A stretch of DNA of 64,000 nucleotides from Rubripirellula sp. (GTDB lineage: Bacteria > Planctomycetota > Planctomycetia > Pirellulales > Pirellulaceae): positions 1,952,001-2,016,000 of the forward strand of contig OZ244207.1 of the NCBI GenBank assembly GCA_965216875.1. Reading direction: 5' to 3'. Under the pieces are notes generated by a model. That model was not told the DNA's origin, did not search any database, and saw nothing but the letters and a program-made list of their open reading frames with translations. Position numbers and translations under genes: made by a program. Of the stretch, positions 49,149 through 58,391 are shown piece by piece (position 1 is the first letter of the stretch; each line of letters begins with the position of its first letter).

Positions 49149-51119
49149 ATGAGTCTTGATGTTGATCTTCGTAAGAACGACGACGAACGAAAGCCGGAAA
49201 AGCCGCAAGCGGTTCCTTCACAGGAAACAAGGACAGACGACAACCAATCGTTTGCTGAAGTTGCGCTGCGTCTCGGAGGAGCGTCAGCGGATGAAGCGAA
49301 ACGAACCGGAGTGGTCGACACCGCTGACGATCAAGTCGAGAGTCTTTTTGCGCCTCAATACAAGACCGTCAACAGTCCTGCGCATCGCGCTGTCTGGGAC
49401 CACGCGGTTCCGAGTGAACTTTTCTATTGTGCTCCAGCTACGCCATCGAAGGTGATCGCGGGAGTTGTCAACAAGTCACTTGACGTGGTCCGAAGTCATC
49501 GGGATCGCGGCACGCTCCTGAATAACCATGGCAAGATTGACGATCAAGTCATTGCCGAATTAGGCGCTGCTGGCTACTGGGGAATGCTTGTGGATGCCGA
49601 GTACGGCGGGAGCGGCGCGTCGATGCGACACTTTTCGAGAATGATCACGCAGATGGCGACGATCGATCCGACGGTGGCAGGGTTGGCCTCGGTGCACGGT
49701 TGCATCGGCGCGGTTGATCCCGTGCGTTCGTTCGGATCGGCGGAACAGCGACGTCGCTTCTTGCCAAAGCTTGCTGACGGCACAAAACTCTCGGCATTCG
49801 CGTTGACCGAACCGGGGGCTGGTAGCGACTTGACCGCGCTCAAGACGACGGCAGTGCTCGATGGCGATCACTACGTCGTTAATGGTGAAAAACTCTTTAT
49901 CACCAACGCGATTCCGGGCCGAACGATCGGTTTGGTTTGCAAAATCGACGGAAAGCCAAGCGTGTTGGTTGTCGATTTGCCCGAGGTTGAAAACGAGAAC
50001 TTCCATCTCAACCGTTACGGGCTCTACGCACTGCGCCGAGCTCATAACAACGGGCTTGTCTTCAACAACTTTCGCGTGCCAAAAGAGAACTTGCTTACCC
50101 CGGCACTCGGCGATGGTTTGACGATTGCCTACCACGGATTGAACCTCGGACGCGTCGCGTTGTGCGCAAACGCAGCGGGAACGATGCGTTGGATGTTGGC
50201 TGAAATGTTGCCTTGGGCCGAATACCGCGAGACCTATGGCCAAGCGATTGACAAACGGGAACTGGTGCGGCGACGCGTCGGACGACTTGCTGGCCTGATC
50301 GTCGCTTGCGACGCACTCACTCAATGGTGCGCCGGCCTGATTGACCAAGGCTACCGCGGCGAGATGGAGTGCATCATTGCCAAAATCTTTGGCAGCGAAG
50401 CCCAGAAAGAGGCTGCAATCGAGCTGTTCATGAAAACGCATGGCGGGCGATCCTTTCTTGAAGGTCACTTGTTTGGTGACAACGTTCATGAATTCCTTGC
50501 GCCGTGCATTTACGAAGGAGAAGGTGAAATGCTGGGGATGGCGTTCTTCAAATCGCTCGTCAAGCAGCATGGCAAGGATTATTTCGAACCGATCGGGCGA
50601 ACCTTGTCGGAGCTGGAGGTGCGAAAGCCAAATCTGGCAAACCCAGCGCACCTATGGGCGCTGCGCAAACCGATGGCTCGCTACGGCACCTGGTTCGCCA
50701 AACAGATCGTCGTTGGATCGAGTTGGACGTCGCTGCCCAACATGCCTTCTGAATTGAAGGTCCATGCCAGGTTCGCGCAAAAGCAACTCTCCAAATCGGC
50801 GATGTCGGTCAGTGGAACGATGCGCAAGCATCAGCTCAAACTTGCGGATCGCCAGTGCCGAATGTCCGAAATCTCAACGACGCTGCAGAACGCGATCGTC
50901 ATGTTAGTGACCAGTCTCTATGCCGCGGAATCGGATGACCCCATCACGATCGCAGCGGCTGATGTCGTTTGCCGCGAACTTCGAGGGAAGATGACCGGCG
51001 AAAAGATGACCGACGCAGACTACCGAAAGGTCACCGAGCTTGGCGGCATGATTGCGGACGAGTCTTGGAGTGAACTGCGAGACGTCACCTCAACAGAAAT
51101 CCTGATGCCCTACAAATGA
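49149..51119 (+). CDS. acyl-CoA dehydrogenase
   Basis: [20 protein letters not shown] and IYEGEGE motifs; AAGGAG RBS. Confidence 0.9.
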   Translation: MSLDVDLRKNDDERKPEKPQAVPSQETRTDDNQSFAEVALRLGGASADEAKRTGVVDTADDQVESLFAPQYKTVNSPAHRAVWDHAVPSELFYCAPATPSKVIAGVVNKSLDVVRSHRDRGTLLNNHGKIDDQVIAELGAAGYWGMLVDAEYGGSGASMRHFSRMITQMATIDPTVAGLASVHGCIGAVDPVRSFGSAEQRRRFLPKLADGTKLSAFALTEPGAGSDLTALKTTAVLDGDHYVVNGEKLFITNAIPGRTIGLVCKIDGKPSVLVVDLPEVENENFHLNRYGLYALRRAHNNGLVFNNFRVPKENLLTPALGDGLTIAYHGLNLGRVALCANAAGTMRWMLAEMLPWAEYRETYGQAIDKRELVRRRVGRLAGLIVACDALTQWCAGLIDQGYRGEMECIIAKIFGSEAQKEAAIELFMKTHGGRSFLEGHLFGDNVHEFLAPCIYEGEGEMLGMAFFKSLVKQHGKDYFEPIGRTLSELEVRKPNLANPAHLWALRKPMARYGTWFAKQIVVGSSWTSLPNMPSELKVHARFAQKQLSKSAMSVSGTMRKHQLKLADRQCRMSEISTTLQNAIVMLVTSLYAAESDDPITIAAADVVCRELRGKMTGEKMTDADYRKVTELGGMIADESWSELRDVTSTEILMPYK

Positions 51120-51155
51120 GTTTCCTGATCGAGTTGTTCAAGGATATTCCACACG

Positions 51156-52109
51156 ATGTTGCTAACAGAACTATTCACTTTTTCGAAGGCTGCCCAAGTT
51201 GAGCCAGTTTCGCGTCAGCGTCGCGCATCGATCGCGCTCGGCGGCGGAGGCGCTCGCGGACTTGCACACTTGGGCGTCATGCAAGCGATCGGCGAGTCAG
51301 GAGTTCAAACCGAGCAAATCGTTGGCGTCAGCATGGGAAGTCTGGTCGGCGCACTCTGTGCCGTCGAGTCAGATTTCCAACGCGTGCAGGCGAAAGCGAT
51401 TGAACTTCTGCGCTCGCCGATCTTCCAACTCAAGCAGGAGATGCTATTCGGCGCCGAGATGCCAACTGAAGACGCCGAAGCGTCGGGAAGCTATTTTGCG
51501 TGGTATGGGCGTATCAAGAAGTACTTGGCGACACATCGAAAGCTTTCGCGAGCCGTCACAAGTCCCGCGTTGATGAGCGATCTGCCGCTTGTCGAAGCCG
51601 TTGACTACTTATTGCCCGACATTCAGATTCAAGAGACAGCGACCCCGCTGGCGATTGTTGCGATCGATCTCTACAGCGGTCATCGCGTTGTTTTAGAACA
51701 TGGATCGCTACGCGATGCCGTGCGGGCGTCGATCGCGATTCCTGGGTTTTTCCCGCCCGTACCATGGGGCGACATGTTGTTGTGCGACATCGGCGTCTTT
51801 GATGCGCTACCCGCTGAGCTCGCAAGAACCTATGCGAGTGACCTCACGATTGGTGTCGATGTGGGACAGGAGCATACGTCGATCAATCAATGTGCAACGG
51901 CGCTCGATGTGATGACGCGGATGCAAGATCTCGGGGAACTGATGCTCCGACGGCATACGCTGCAAGCTGCCGACCTGATCATACGCCCCGACGTGGGCAA
52001 CGTCGCTTGGTTCGATTTTCGCGAACCCGAACGATTGATTGAAGCCGGTCGCAAGTCCGCACATCGCGCACTCGCACGCTTTCTGGTTGAGGAGACTCAC
52101 GCGGCCTAG
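51156..52109 (+). CDS. patatin-like phospholipase
   Basis: GGGGARG, GVSMG nucleophile, DIGV in place of DGG. Confidence 0.88.
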   Translation: MLLTELFTFSKAAQVEPVSRQRRASIALGGGGARGLAHLGVMQAIGESGVQTEQIVGVSMGSLVGALCAVESDFQRVQAKAIELLRSPIFQLKQEMLFGAEMPTEDAEASGSYFAWYGRIKKYLATHRKLSRAVTSPALMSDLPLVEAVDYLLPDIQIQETATPLAIVAIDLYSGHRVVLEHGSLRDAVRASIAIPGFFPPVPWGDMLLCDIGVFDALPAELARTYASDLTIGVDVGQEHTSINQCATALDVMTRMQDLGELMLRRHTLQAADLIIRPDVGNVAWFDFREPERLIEAGRKSAHRALARFLVEETHAA

Positions 52110-52130
52110 AGACCGCTTGGTTCAACAAAC

Positions 52131-52211
52131 GTAGGGTGTGTGCTTGCACGCACCAGCAACAAGTTTCGAGTCGACGGCTGGAGGTTTGGTGCGTGCAAGC
52201 ACACACCCTAC
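52131..52211. repeat. family-A REPIN 1
   Basis: 24-bp inverted arms around a 33-bp spacer. Confidence 0.9.
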
Positions 52212-52231
52212 GCAAACAGCGTGTCGTGGTA

Positions 52232-52600
52232 CTACCAACCGAAGTAGATCCGGTCGGCAACCCAAATCGTCACCAGCGGCGCGGCGGCGATCGACGCAAG
52301 CGAGAGTGTCATCAGCCTGGACCACCACGGAAGCGGACCCGCGAATGTCACGAAGGCACCATGGCTCAGGATGGTGACGCCTGCGAGAATTGGGTTTCGC
52401 AGCACCAACGCAAATTGGGTCGGACCCGCACAGTTCCCGCAGGAGCTGGTCAAGACTCCGCTTGTGATGTCGGGGATCAGAAGAGCGGCCCAAAGGAGAA
52501 GCACCATTTGCATCGTACCGAACCATGACAGCATGGTCGGCATCGGAACATCAAGCTGCGTCTCTTTAAGAGTGCCCCTGTCATCGGGCCGCTGCGCCAT
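52232..52600 (-). CDS. small hypothetical membrane protein (cassette 1)
   Basis: 122-aa hydrophobic ORF filling the space between REPIN 1 and REPIN 2. Confidence 0.55.
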   Translation of the reverse strand: MAQRPDDRGTLKETQLDVPMPTMLSWFGTMQMVLLLWAALLIPDITSGVLTSSCGNCAGPTQFALVLRNPILAGVTILSHGAFVTFAGPLPWWSRLMTLSLASIAAAPLVTIWVADRIYFGW

Positions 52601-52640
52601 GTCTCAAACCCCAAGAAAGGTGTCAGGACCAATTCTCATT

Positions 52641-52720
52641 GTAGGGTGTGTGCTCGCACGCACCAGCAACCGATTTGGAAGCGATCGTTGGGATTTGGTG
52701 CGTGCAAGCACACACCCTAC
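52641..52720. repeat. family-A REPIN 2
   Basis: Inverted arms around a 32-bp spacer. Confidence 0.9.
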
Positions 52721-52752
52721 GAAGTGGACCAGAAACAAGGGTGCCAGCTTCT

Positions 52753-53241
52753 CTACGCGTTGAGAAAGTCCCACAATCGCAGCGACACTCGGTCGGAATC
52801 TTCGGATAGGTGTTGCCTGAGGACAGATTTCCATTCATCGAGAGATTCGGGGGTGTACCCAACCGGAGCGGTGGTCATCGAATGCCATCTGCCTGTGAAG
52901 AAGCCACGATCGAGTGGCGGAAAATCGATCAAGATGAGATCGCGGTTTCCAAATGGGAGTATTCTTCGAACCTTTCTTGTACCGCGTTTCATTTGCCATG
53001 CGCGGCCGACTCGAAAGTGGCAATCGCCGAGTCTCGAGCGCAGTTTCCAAGAGCCCCAGGTGAGTTCGAGGTGCGAATTCGCGAAGGCGACGACCGGCAA
53101 TGAACTGCGGTTTGCCAGCAGCAGCGGTCCCTGCTTCCAAAGCTCAAAAAGGTGTTCCGGTATGGATTCAACGATCTTAATCTGCCGGGCCGGTCGTTCG
53201 CTCAAAATGGTTGCTCCCAATGAACAGTAATAGTCACCCAT
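52753..53241 (-). CDS. hypothetical protein (cassette 2)
   Basis: MGDYYCSLG...WDFLNA*, about 162 aa, between REPIN 2 and REPIN 3. Confidence 0.55.
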   Translation of the reverse strand: MGDYYCSLGATILSERPARQIKIVESIPEHLFELWKQGPLLLANRSSLPVVAFANSHLELTWGSWKLRSRLGDCHFRVGRAWQMKRGTRKVRRILPFGNRDLILIDFPPLDRGFFTGRWHSMTTAPVGYTPESLDEWKSVLRQHLSEDSDRVSLRLWDFLNA

Positions 53242-53278
53242 TAGGCACATTCGAGTCCGCAAGGCGGCGCCCTTTTCT

Positions 53279-53360
53279 GTAGGGTGTGTGCTCGCACGCA
53301 CCAGCAACAGTTTTCGATTCGACTGCAGGAGGTCTTGGTGCGTGCAAGCACACACCCTAC
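53279..53360. repeat. family-A REPIN 3
   Basis: Inverted arms around a 34-bp spacer. Confidence 0.9.
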
Positions 53361-53365
53361 GCAAG

Positions 53366-53674
53366 TCAGATCTGTATGGCCCATCCGGCGTCGCTGACAC
53401 TCTCGTTCTTGTCCAGCGTCAAGCACAACGCGAAGCCGCCACCACCACGCGTGTGCGGCTTGCCAACGAAGAAAAAGTAGGTGAGCTGCTCTTGTCCGTC
53501 TGGGCCGTGACGGCCCGAATAGTCACTGCTTCCGAGCACGCCGACGATTTGGGACTTGGTCGTGCCAATGAGAGATTCAAGCTCCGGCCGCGAAAAGTCC
53601 TGAGGGTAGCTCCCTTCTGGCAAGAGGCGGATCGATTCAAGCGTCTCGTGTAGTTCGGTCAACAGCGGGTTCAT
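53366..53674 (-). CDS. small hypothetical protein (cassette 3)
   Basis: MNPLLTEL...GWAIQI*, 102 aa. LIGTTKSQIVGVLGSSD resembles the SmpA/BLIP-like motif. Confidence 0.55.
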   Translation of the reverse strand: MNPLLTELHETLESIRLLPEGSYPQDFSRPELESLIGTTKSQIVGVLGSSDYSGRHGPDGQEQLTYFFFVGKPHTRGGGGFALCLTLDKNESVSDAGWAIQI

Positions 53675-53762
53675 GAGCAAAGGGGTATGTTCTTGTGTTT
53701 GCCGGAAATGAACGTTGGTGGGTCTATTCAATCCAAAAAGCGTGTCAGGACTCAGTCCCGAC

Positions 53763-53840
53763 GTAGGGTGTGTGCTCGCACGCACCAGCAACAAGATTCG
53801 ATTCCACCACGAGAAATTTTGTGCGTGCAAGCACACCCAC
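53763..53840. repeat. family-A REPIN 4 (right arm degenerate)
   Basis: GTAGGGTGTGTGCTCGCACGCACC...GTGCGTGCAAGCACACCCAC. Confidence 0.85.
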
Positions 53841-53876
53841 GTCGCGAAGCCTAAATGAGGCCTCACAACCCTTCTA

Positions 53877-54392
53877 CTAGTCGTTAGGGGTGAAGTCGAG
53901 CTGTACAAACGGGCGAGGCTTCTCTTCTGAGAAGGGCTGCAGGATTTTGGCCGGCTTGTCATCAACGGAGCGAAAAACATCGGGCAACGGCAGTAGCTCA
54001 TCAAGGTATTCGAGTGCCACTTTTCCATGCAGCGCCTTCACGTCGCCGTTTCGAGCCCATGTGCCGCATGTTCCGCAGAGGGTTACCATCGAGGACGGTT
54101 TGCCCGGCCGCTTGATCGTTACAGCATAGGCGGGGCTGTGTCCACAAAAGGGTACGTTTGGATCGTCTGCTAGCTCCTTGCGTAAGATTTTCTTCAGTTT
54201 CGCCGCCTCGGCAACGTTTAGCCGACGCATCCCCAGAATGTCTGCTTCCCTCTTTTGCCATTGGGTCGACATCGTCGTTTCGTCCTCGATCGCACCGCGT
54301 GGATCGAGCAAATGAATGACAACGCGCTCAGGCTCACCTGCTCCGACAGAAGCGACGATGGCTATTGTGAAAAGGGCAACGAAACTTCGCAT
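53877..54392 (-). CDS. exported hypothetical protein (cassette 4)
   Basis: Signal peptide MRSFVALFTIAIVASVGA; PFCGHSP and LCGTCG Cys motifs. Confidence 0.65.
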   Translation of the reverse strand: MRSFVALFTIAIVASVGAGEPERVVIHLLDPRGAIEDETTMSTQWQKREADILGMRRLNVAEAAKLKKILRKELADDPNVPFCGHSPAYAVTIKRPGKPSSMVTLCGTCGTWARNGDVKALHGKVALEYLDELLPLPDVFRSVDDKPAKILQPFSEEKPRPFVQLDFTPND

Positions 54393-54439
54393 GACATTGA
54401 CCTGCAAATTCAAGTATTCAATCGAGCTCGAGGAGGTTT

Positions 54440-54463
54440 GGTGCGTGCAAGCATACGCCCTAC
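54440..54463. repeat. family-A half REPIN 5 (right arm only)
   Basis: GGTGCGTGCAAGCATACGCCCTAC, preceded by GGAGGTTT as in the REPIN 1 spacer. Confidence 0.8.
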
Positions 54464-54478
54464 GGGGTTATGAAGCGT

Positions 54479-54823
54479 CTAATCATCCATGGTGGCGTTG
54501 ACGTTGAATGGTTTTGAAAACCACACCAAGACTCCGATGGCGATGAACAGTCCCGACAGGATGAAGGTCAAGATGCGCATATAAATGTGCAAACCTCCCA
54601 CCGCTCGCACACGCGCTTCGACCGAATAGTCGGGCATCGCATACTCGGCTTGAAATGCCTCAACCTGTTGTTGGTCGATCAAGCGATAGGTGCTGAATTC
54701 ATGCACGGTGGCAATCGCATGCGCGTCGTGAATCCCCATGATAAGCAGCGGCAAAAACCAGGAAAGGACGGTGCCGAAGATGCAAAGCATGAGCAGAGTT
54801 TTTCGATGCTTCATGCTTTCCAT
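54479..54823 (-). CDS. small two-TM hypothetical protein (cassette 5)
   Basis: MESMKHRKTLLMLCIF...NATMDD*, two hydrophobic helices. Confidence 0.6.
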   Translation of the reverse strand: MESMKHRKTLLMLCIFGTVLSWFLPLLIMGIHDAHAIATVHEFSTYRLIDQQQVEAFQAEYAMPDYSVEARVRAVGGLHIYMRILTFILSGLFIAIGVLVWFSKPFNVNATMDD

Positions 54824-54824
54824 T

Positions 54825-54904
54825 GTAGCGTGTGTGCTTGCACGCACGAATCCTACAAAACCGAACGTGGTCCTTAGATTGGTGCGTGCGAGCACACACC
54901 CTAC
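54825..54904. repeat. family-A REPIN 6 overlapping the queG stop
   Basis: Inverted arms; the minus-strand GTAG supplies the TAG stop at 54901-54903. Confidence 0.88.
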
Positions 54905-56010
54905 GAAAGGTTTTGCGGTTTCATTGCGTCGACGATTTCGCGGAGCACGTCTTGGTCGGCTTCCTGTTGACGCCGTTGATTCAACAGCCTGACGCAGGTC
55001 TCGTTGCCAATGCGACCGAGTGCCCATGCCGATGCGGATCTCACGACCGGTTCGTCGTCTTGGAGTCCTTTGGCGAGTGCTTCGATCGCGGAGGTATCAC
55101 GTTGATTGCCCAGGACGATCGCGGCGTTTCGCAACACACCCCGACGACGGGTGCGCCAAAGTGGTGTCTTTCGAAAGCGAGCGCGGAATTCGTCGTCGTC
55201 AATCTCGAAGAGTTCTTTCAGCGACAGCGACTCGAATTCCGTTTCTGGCATCGCGGCCTTTTTGGTCGACTTGCGGTTCCAAGGACACACCTCTTGGCAG
55301 ACATCACAGCCGAAAAGCCAATCGCCGATCCCTTCGCGAAGTTCCACCGGCATCGGGCCCCGATGTTCGATCGTCAGGTAGCTGATGCATTTCGATGCAT
55401 CGAGCACATTGGGTGCTGGAAAGGCATCGGTCGGACATGCATCAAGGCATGCCGTGCAGGTTCCGCAATGCGCCGACTCATGGGGCATGTCGGCCGGCAG
55501 GTCGAGGTCAGTCAACAGGCAAGCAAGAAAGAAATAGCTGCCGAGTTGTTTGTTGAGCAGCAGTGTGTTTTTCCCTCGCCAACCGAGACCGGCCAACTGA
55601 GCGAATTCGCGTTCCATCAACGGTGCGGTATCAACAATCCCTCGAAAGTTGGCGTCAGGGCAATCCGCTTTGAGCGTTCGCGCGATTGACTTGAGTTTGG
55701 GATGGATCACATCGTGGTAGTCGATCCCCGACCAAACGTATCGCGCGACGCGTCCGTGACCCTGAGCTGCCGTACCCGATTGAGCGGCCGAATAGGGATA
55801 AGCGAGTACGACGATACTTTTTGCCGACGGGAGCACACCGCTGGGATGCCGATAGGCGTCTTGCCGATTCTTGAAATAGTCCATCTCGGCCGCATAGCCT
55901 GATTCAATCCAACGAACCAAGTCGGCGTAGCCCTTCGAATCGACCGCCGGCGCTATACCGCACAGTACAAAACCTTGGTCGCTTGCACTTTGGCGTATCA
56001 GGTCAAGCAT
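54901..56010 (-). CDS. queG: tRNA epoxyqueuosine(34) reductase QueG
   Basis: ARY..DYH, VDTAPLMER, CGTCTACLDACPT, CISYLTIE and FGCDVCQEVCPWN motifs; C-terminal HEAT repeats. Confidence 0.95.
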   Translation of the reverse strand: MLDLIRQSASDQGFVLCGIAPAVDSKGYADLVRWIESGYAAEMDYFKNRQDAYRHPSGVLPSAKSIVVLAYPYSAAQSGTAAQGHGRVARYVWSGIDYHDVIHPKLKSIARTLKADCPDANFRGIVDTAPLMEREFAQLAGLGWRGKNTLLLNKQLGSYFFLACLLTDLDLPADMPHESAHCGTCTACLDACPTDAFPAPNVLDASKCISYLTIEHRGPMPVELREGIGDWLFGCDVCQEVCPWNRKSTKKAAMPETEFESLSLKELFEIDDDEFRARFRKTPLWRTRRRGVLRNAAIVLGNQRDTSAIEALAKGLQDDEPVVRSASAWALGRIGNETCVRLLNQRRQQEADQDVLREIVDAMKPQNLS

Positions 56011-56072
56011 GTTGTTGGAGCGGTGCCTGTATCAAAACGGGAGCCATCGTCGCCGTTCGCGCTGAGGGAATA

Positions 56073-56134
56073 GTCGCCTTTCGCTCCGCGAAAGTAGCGT
56101 TTGTGTGCGCAACTTTCGCGGAGCGAAAGGCGAC
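56073..56134. repeat. family-C REPIN
   Basis: GTCGCCTTTCGCTCCGCGAAAG...CTTTCGCGGAGCGAAAGGCGAC, the same as 25113-25174. Confidence 0.85.
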
Positions 56135-56150
56135 ATTGAGAAGACATTGA

Positions 56151-57956
56151 TTATCGACGGTAGATGCCGTCGGTTCCAGCCGCCTCGGGCTGAGCGGCAA
56201 TGCGGCTGTCGTTGTCACGAATGGCGTGGCGGTAATAGGATTCGAGGCAGAGTGTCGCCATTGAGGTTGTGTAAACCGTTCCGCCGTAGCGTCCCCAAAC
56301 GGTGTCGGTCGACCAGCTTCCATCGCTCCGCTGCGTCGCGAGCAGGCGCTGTTGCAGCGCCTCATTCCATCGTTTCCAGCCGTCGTCTTGAAGCTGATGA
56401 AGCGCTAGCGTCGCGTAGTACCAATAGTAGTAGTTGTCTTGTCCCGATCCGGGAGGCTGCTGCAAGATGAACCGTTGCGCCTCATCGATCTCGGCCTGCG
56501 TCACCGTTTCGCCGATCAGCAGTCGTGTCGCCAAGGCTTCGGCGGTCATCGTACGACTGGGGCGTTCCTCAGGACGATAGCTTGCCAAACCGCCCGATCG
56601 ACCTTTTCGCACGGTACGCAAGAAACGGCCAATTCCAGATACCGCGCGACCATCAATAGGGATCCGTGCGCGATGTCCCGCGTCGAGCACCATCGCTTGC
56701 CAACCGAGTTGGCTGAGGTCACCGGGGTCACCGGCGGTGTAACGCCATCCGCCCGTGGTTGGATGTTGTTGCGAAGTGGTGTAGCTGATCGCTCGTCGCG
56801 CCGATTCGATCGCAGAGGGGTCCTTCGTGATCGCGGCGCATTCGCACATCGCAAGCGCTGCCATGCCGTGACTGTATGTGGCCGCATAGGGCTGAGCCTT
56901 TCCGGCGAGCGAGCCGTTGGGCTGCTGGATTCGAATCAAATAGGCCAGCCCACGAAAAACGTTATCAGCGTATTCACCCTCGAGATGCGTTTGCCCCGCT
57001 CCCATCAGTGTGAGCAACGCGAGTCCGGTGATTGCTGATTCGGCGCGTGATCCGGTACCAGGGCGTGCAACCCCTAAGATCTTTCGACCTTCGCGGCCGG
57101 CACCCGAAGCGAGCGGATCCCATGCGCCATCAGCGCGTTGGGCTTGGACTAAGAAACGGAGCGCAGCTTGCACGGCAGCTTCGGTTTCGACGCTACCGCC
57201 CGTTTGCATGAGCGCCAACTCTTTCGCTTTACCGACTCGGTTTGCAAAATCGTTTTCGAGCGCGCCCGGCACATGTTGCTTCGGCGCCGATGCGGTCGGG
57301 CGAGGCTGGGCCCTAGCAGTGTTCGAGGTTTGCGGCTGTTGCGAGGCAGTCTTTTTTGACGGTGTTGACACTGCCACGGCAGGTGTGCCGCTCGCAACGG
57401 GAGCCTCGGGTGCAAACGCCTCACTCAGCATGTTGCTCAGTTCTTCGTCAACCGAATCGACCTCGGGCATTCCGAGTTCGGCCACCGATTGAAAGATTTC
57501 AGGCAGGTCTTCTTGAACGGTTTCCGCTTCAACTGTATCGCTCTCTTCCGCATCGGCAACCGCTTCGCTTTCAACAGGCGTGACCGGTTCCTCGAGCAGT
57601 TCGTTTAGCTCGGCCACTGGCAATGGCGCGACCACGGCCTCTTGTTCATCACCGGCCGCTTCGTCCGACTGTAGATCTGGATCAAAACTCGAGAACTCGA
57701 CAGTGTTTGCTCCGCTGTCCGCAACCGTTTCATCGGCCGCTTTCGCGCCTCCGCCGGTTTGCGGAAGCAGGGGAACGAGAAAGATGAGGGCGGCATGGAG
57801 GATGATCGAGACCATCAAACAGATCACCGCGGCTTGACGACCCTGTCGCTGCCGGCGACCGAATAGCCATAGTGTGATCAACAGCAACGCGACGGCGGCT
57901 GCAGCGACGGTGTAGACGAGCCGAGGATCGGCCCAAAGTTGGGCGGGTTGGTTCAC
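56151..57956 (-). CDS. membrane-anchored prenyltransferase/squalene-cyclase-repeat protein
   Basis: N-terminal TMs (SIILHAAL, TonB-like anchor), acidic linker, QW-type repeats (QRADGAW, QQPNGSL, QRSDGSW), YYWYYAT. Confidence 0.8.
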   Translation of the reverse strand: MNQPAQLWADPRLVYTVAAAAVALLLITLWLFGRRQRQGRQAAVICLMVSIILHAALIFLVPLLPQTGGGAKAADETVADSGANTVEFSSFDPDLQSDEAAGDEQEAVVAPLPVAELNELLEEPVTPVESEAVADAEESDTVEAETVQEDLPEIFQSVAELGMPEVDSVDEELSNMLSEAFAPEAPVASGTPAVAVSTPSKKTASQQPQTSNTARAQPRPTASAPKQHVPGALENDFANRVGKAKELALMQTGGSVETEAAVQAALRFLVQAQRADGAWDPLASGAGREGRKILGVARPGTGSRAESAITGLALLTLMGAGQTHLEGEYADNVFRGLAYLIRIQQPNGSLAGKAQPYAATYSHGMAALAMCECAAITKDPSAIESARRAISYTTSQQHPTTGGWRYTAGDPGDLSQLGWQAMVLDAGHRARIPIDGRAVSGIGRFLRTVRKGRSGGLASYRPEERPSRTMTAEALATRLLIGETVTQAEIDEAQRFILQQPPGSGQDNYYYWYYATLALHQLQDDGWKRWNEALQQRLLATQRSDGSWSTDTVWGRYGGTVYTTSMATLCLESYYRHAIRDNDSRIAAQPEAAGTDGIYRR

Positions 57957-58363
57957 CGCCGCATCCTTGTCGAGATTCCGATTTGGTCAACGCCGCTACT
58001 TCGAACGGCATGCAACACTTCCACCGTTTGCTGGTTGGTTCCATTCGCATCGGCCCGAACAGCGACTCGCATCGCCGGATAGCTTTGATGCTGCTCGCGA
58101 AGGGTTGCGGTCAGCTCAGGGATCGTCATCGGTTGCCCGTCGAGCGAGATCGTTCCGTCGACCTCGATCGCAACGATTCGTTCATCGGGAACTCGCGTGA
58201 TCGAACGCATGTCACCGACGGTCGGAACGTTCACTTTGATCCGGCTTTCGGCTTCGCTGAACTTGCTGCCGACCATGAAGAAGATCACCAACAGGAACAC
58301 GACGTCGATCATCGGCGTCAGGTTGATCGTCGCGTCTTCGGATCGTTCTCTTCGAGCAGTCAT
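57953..58363 (-). CDS. exbD: ExbD/TolR family biopolymer transporter
   Basis: INLTPMIDVVFLLVIFFMV and VRAD motifs. Confidence 0.9.
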   Translation of the reverse strand: MTARRERSEDATINLTPMIDVVFLLVIFFMVGSKFSEAESRIKVNVPTVGDMRSITRVPDERIVAIEVDGTISLDGQPMTIPELTATLREQHQSYPAMRVAVRADANGTNQQTVEVLHAVRSSGVDQIGISTRMRR

Positions 58364-58391
58364 GGGATTCCCTACCTTTGCGGTTCACTTT

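Noticed and set aside
52131..54904. Canonical integron/attC array or CRISPR
   Set aside because: The elements have GTAG...CTAC ends rather than RYYYAAC...GTTRRRY, no IntI is in the window, and the gaps are whole genes.
52136..55689. ORFs translating as CVLARTS, VRASTHPT or ACKHTPY
   Set aside because: These are translations of the REP palindromes or shadow frames, not protein repeats. Several ORF-track starts were trimmed for this reason.
56151..57956. Squalene-hopene cyclase
   Set aside because: There is no DxDD catalytic motif, and it is a single barrel with a membrane anchor in an ExbBD operon.
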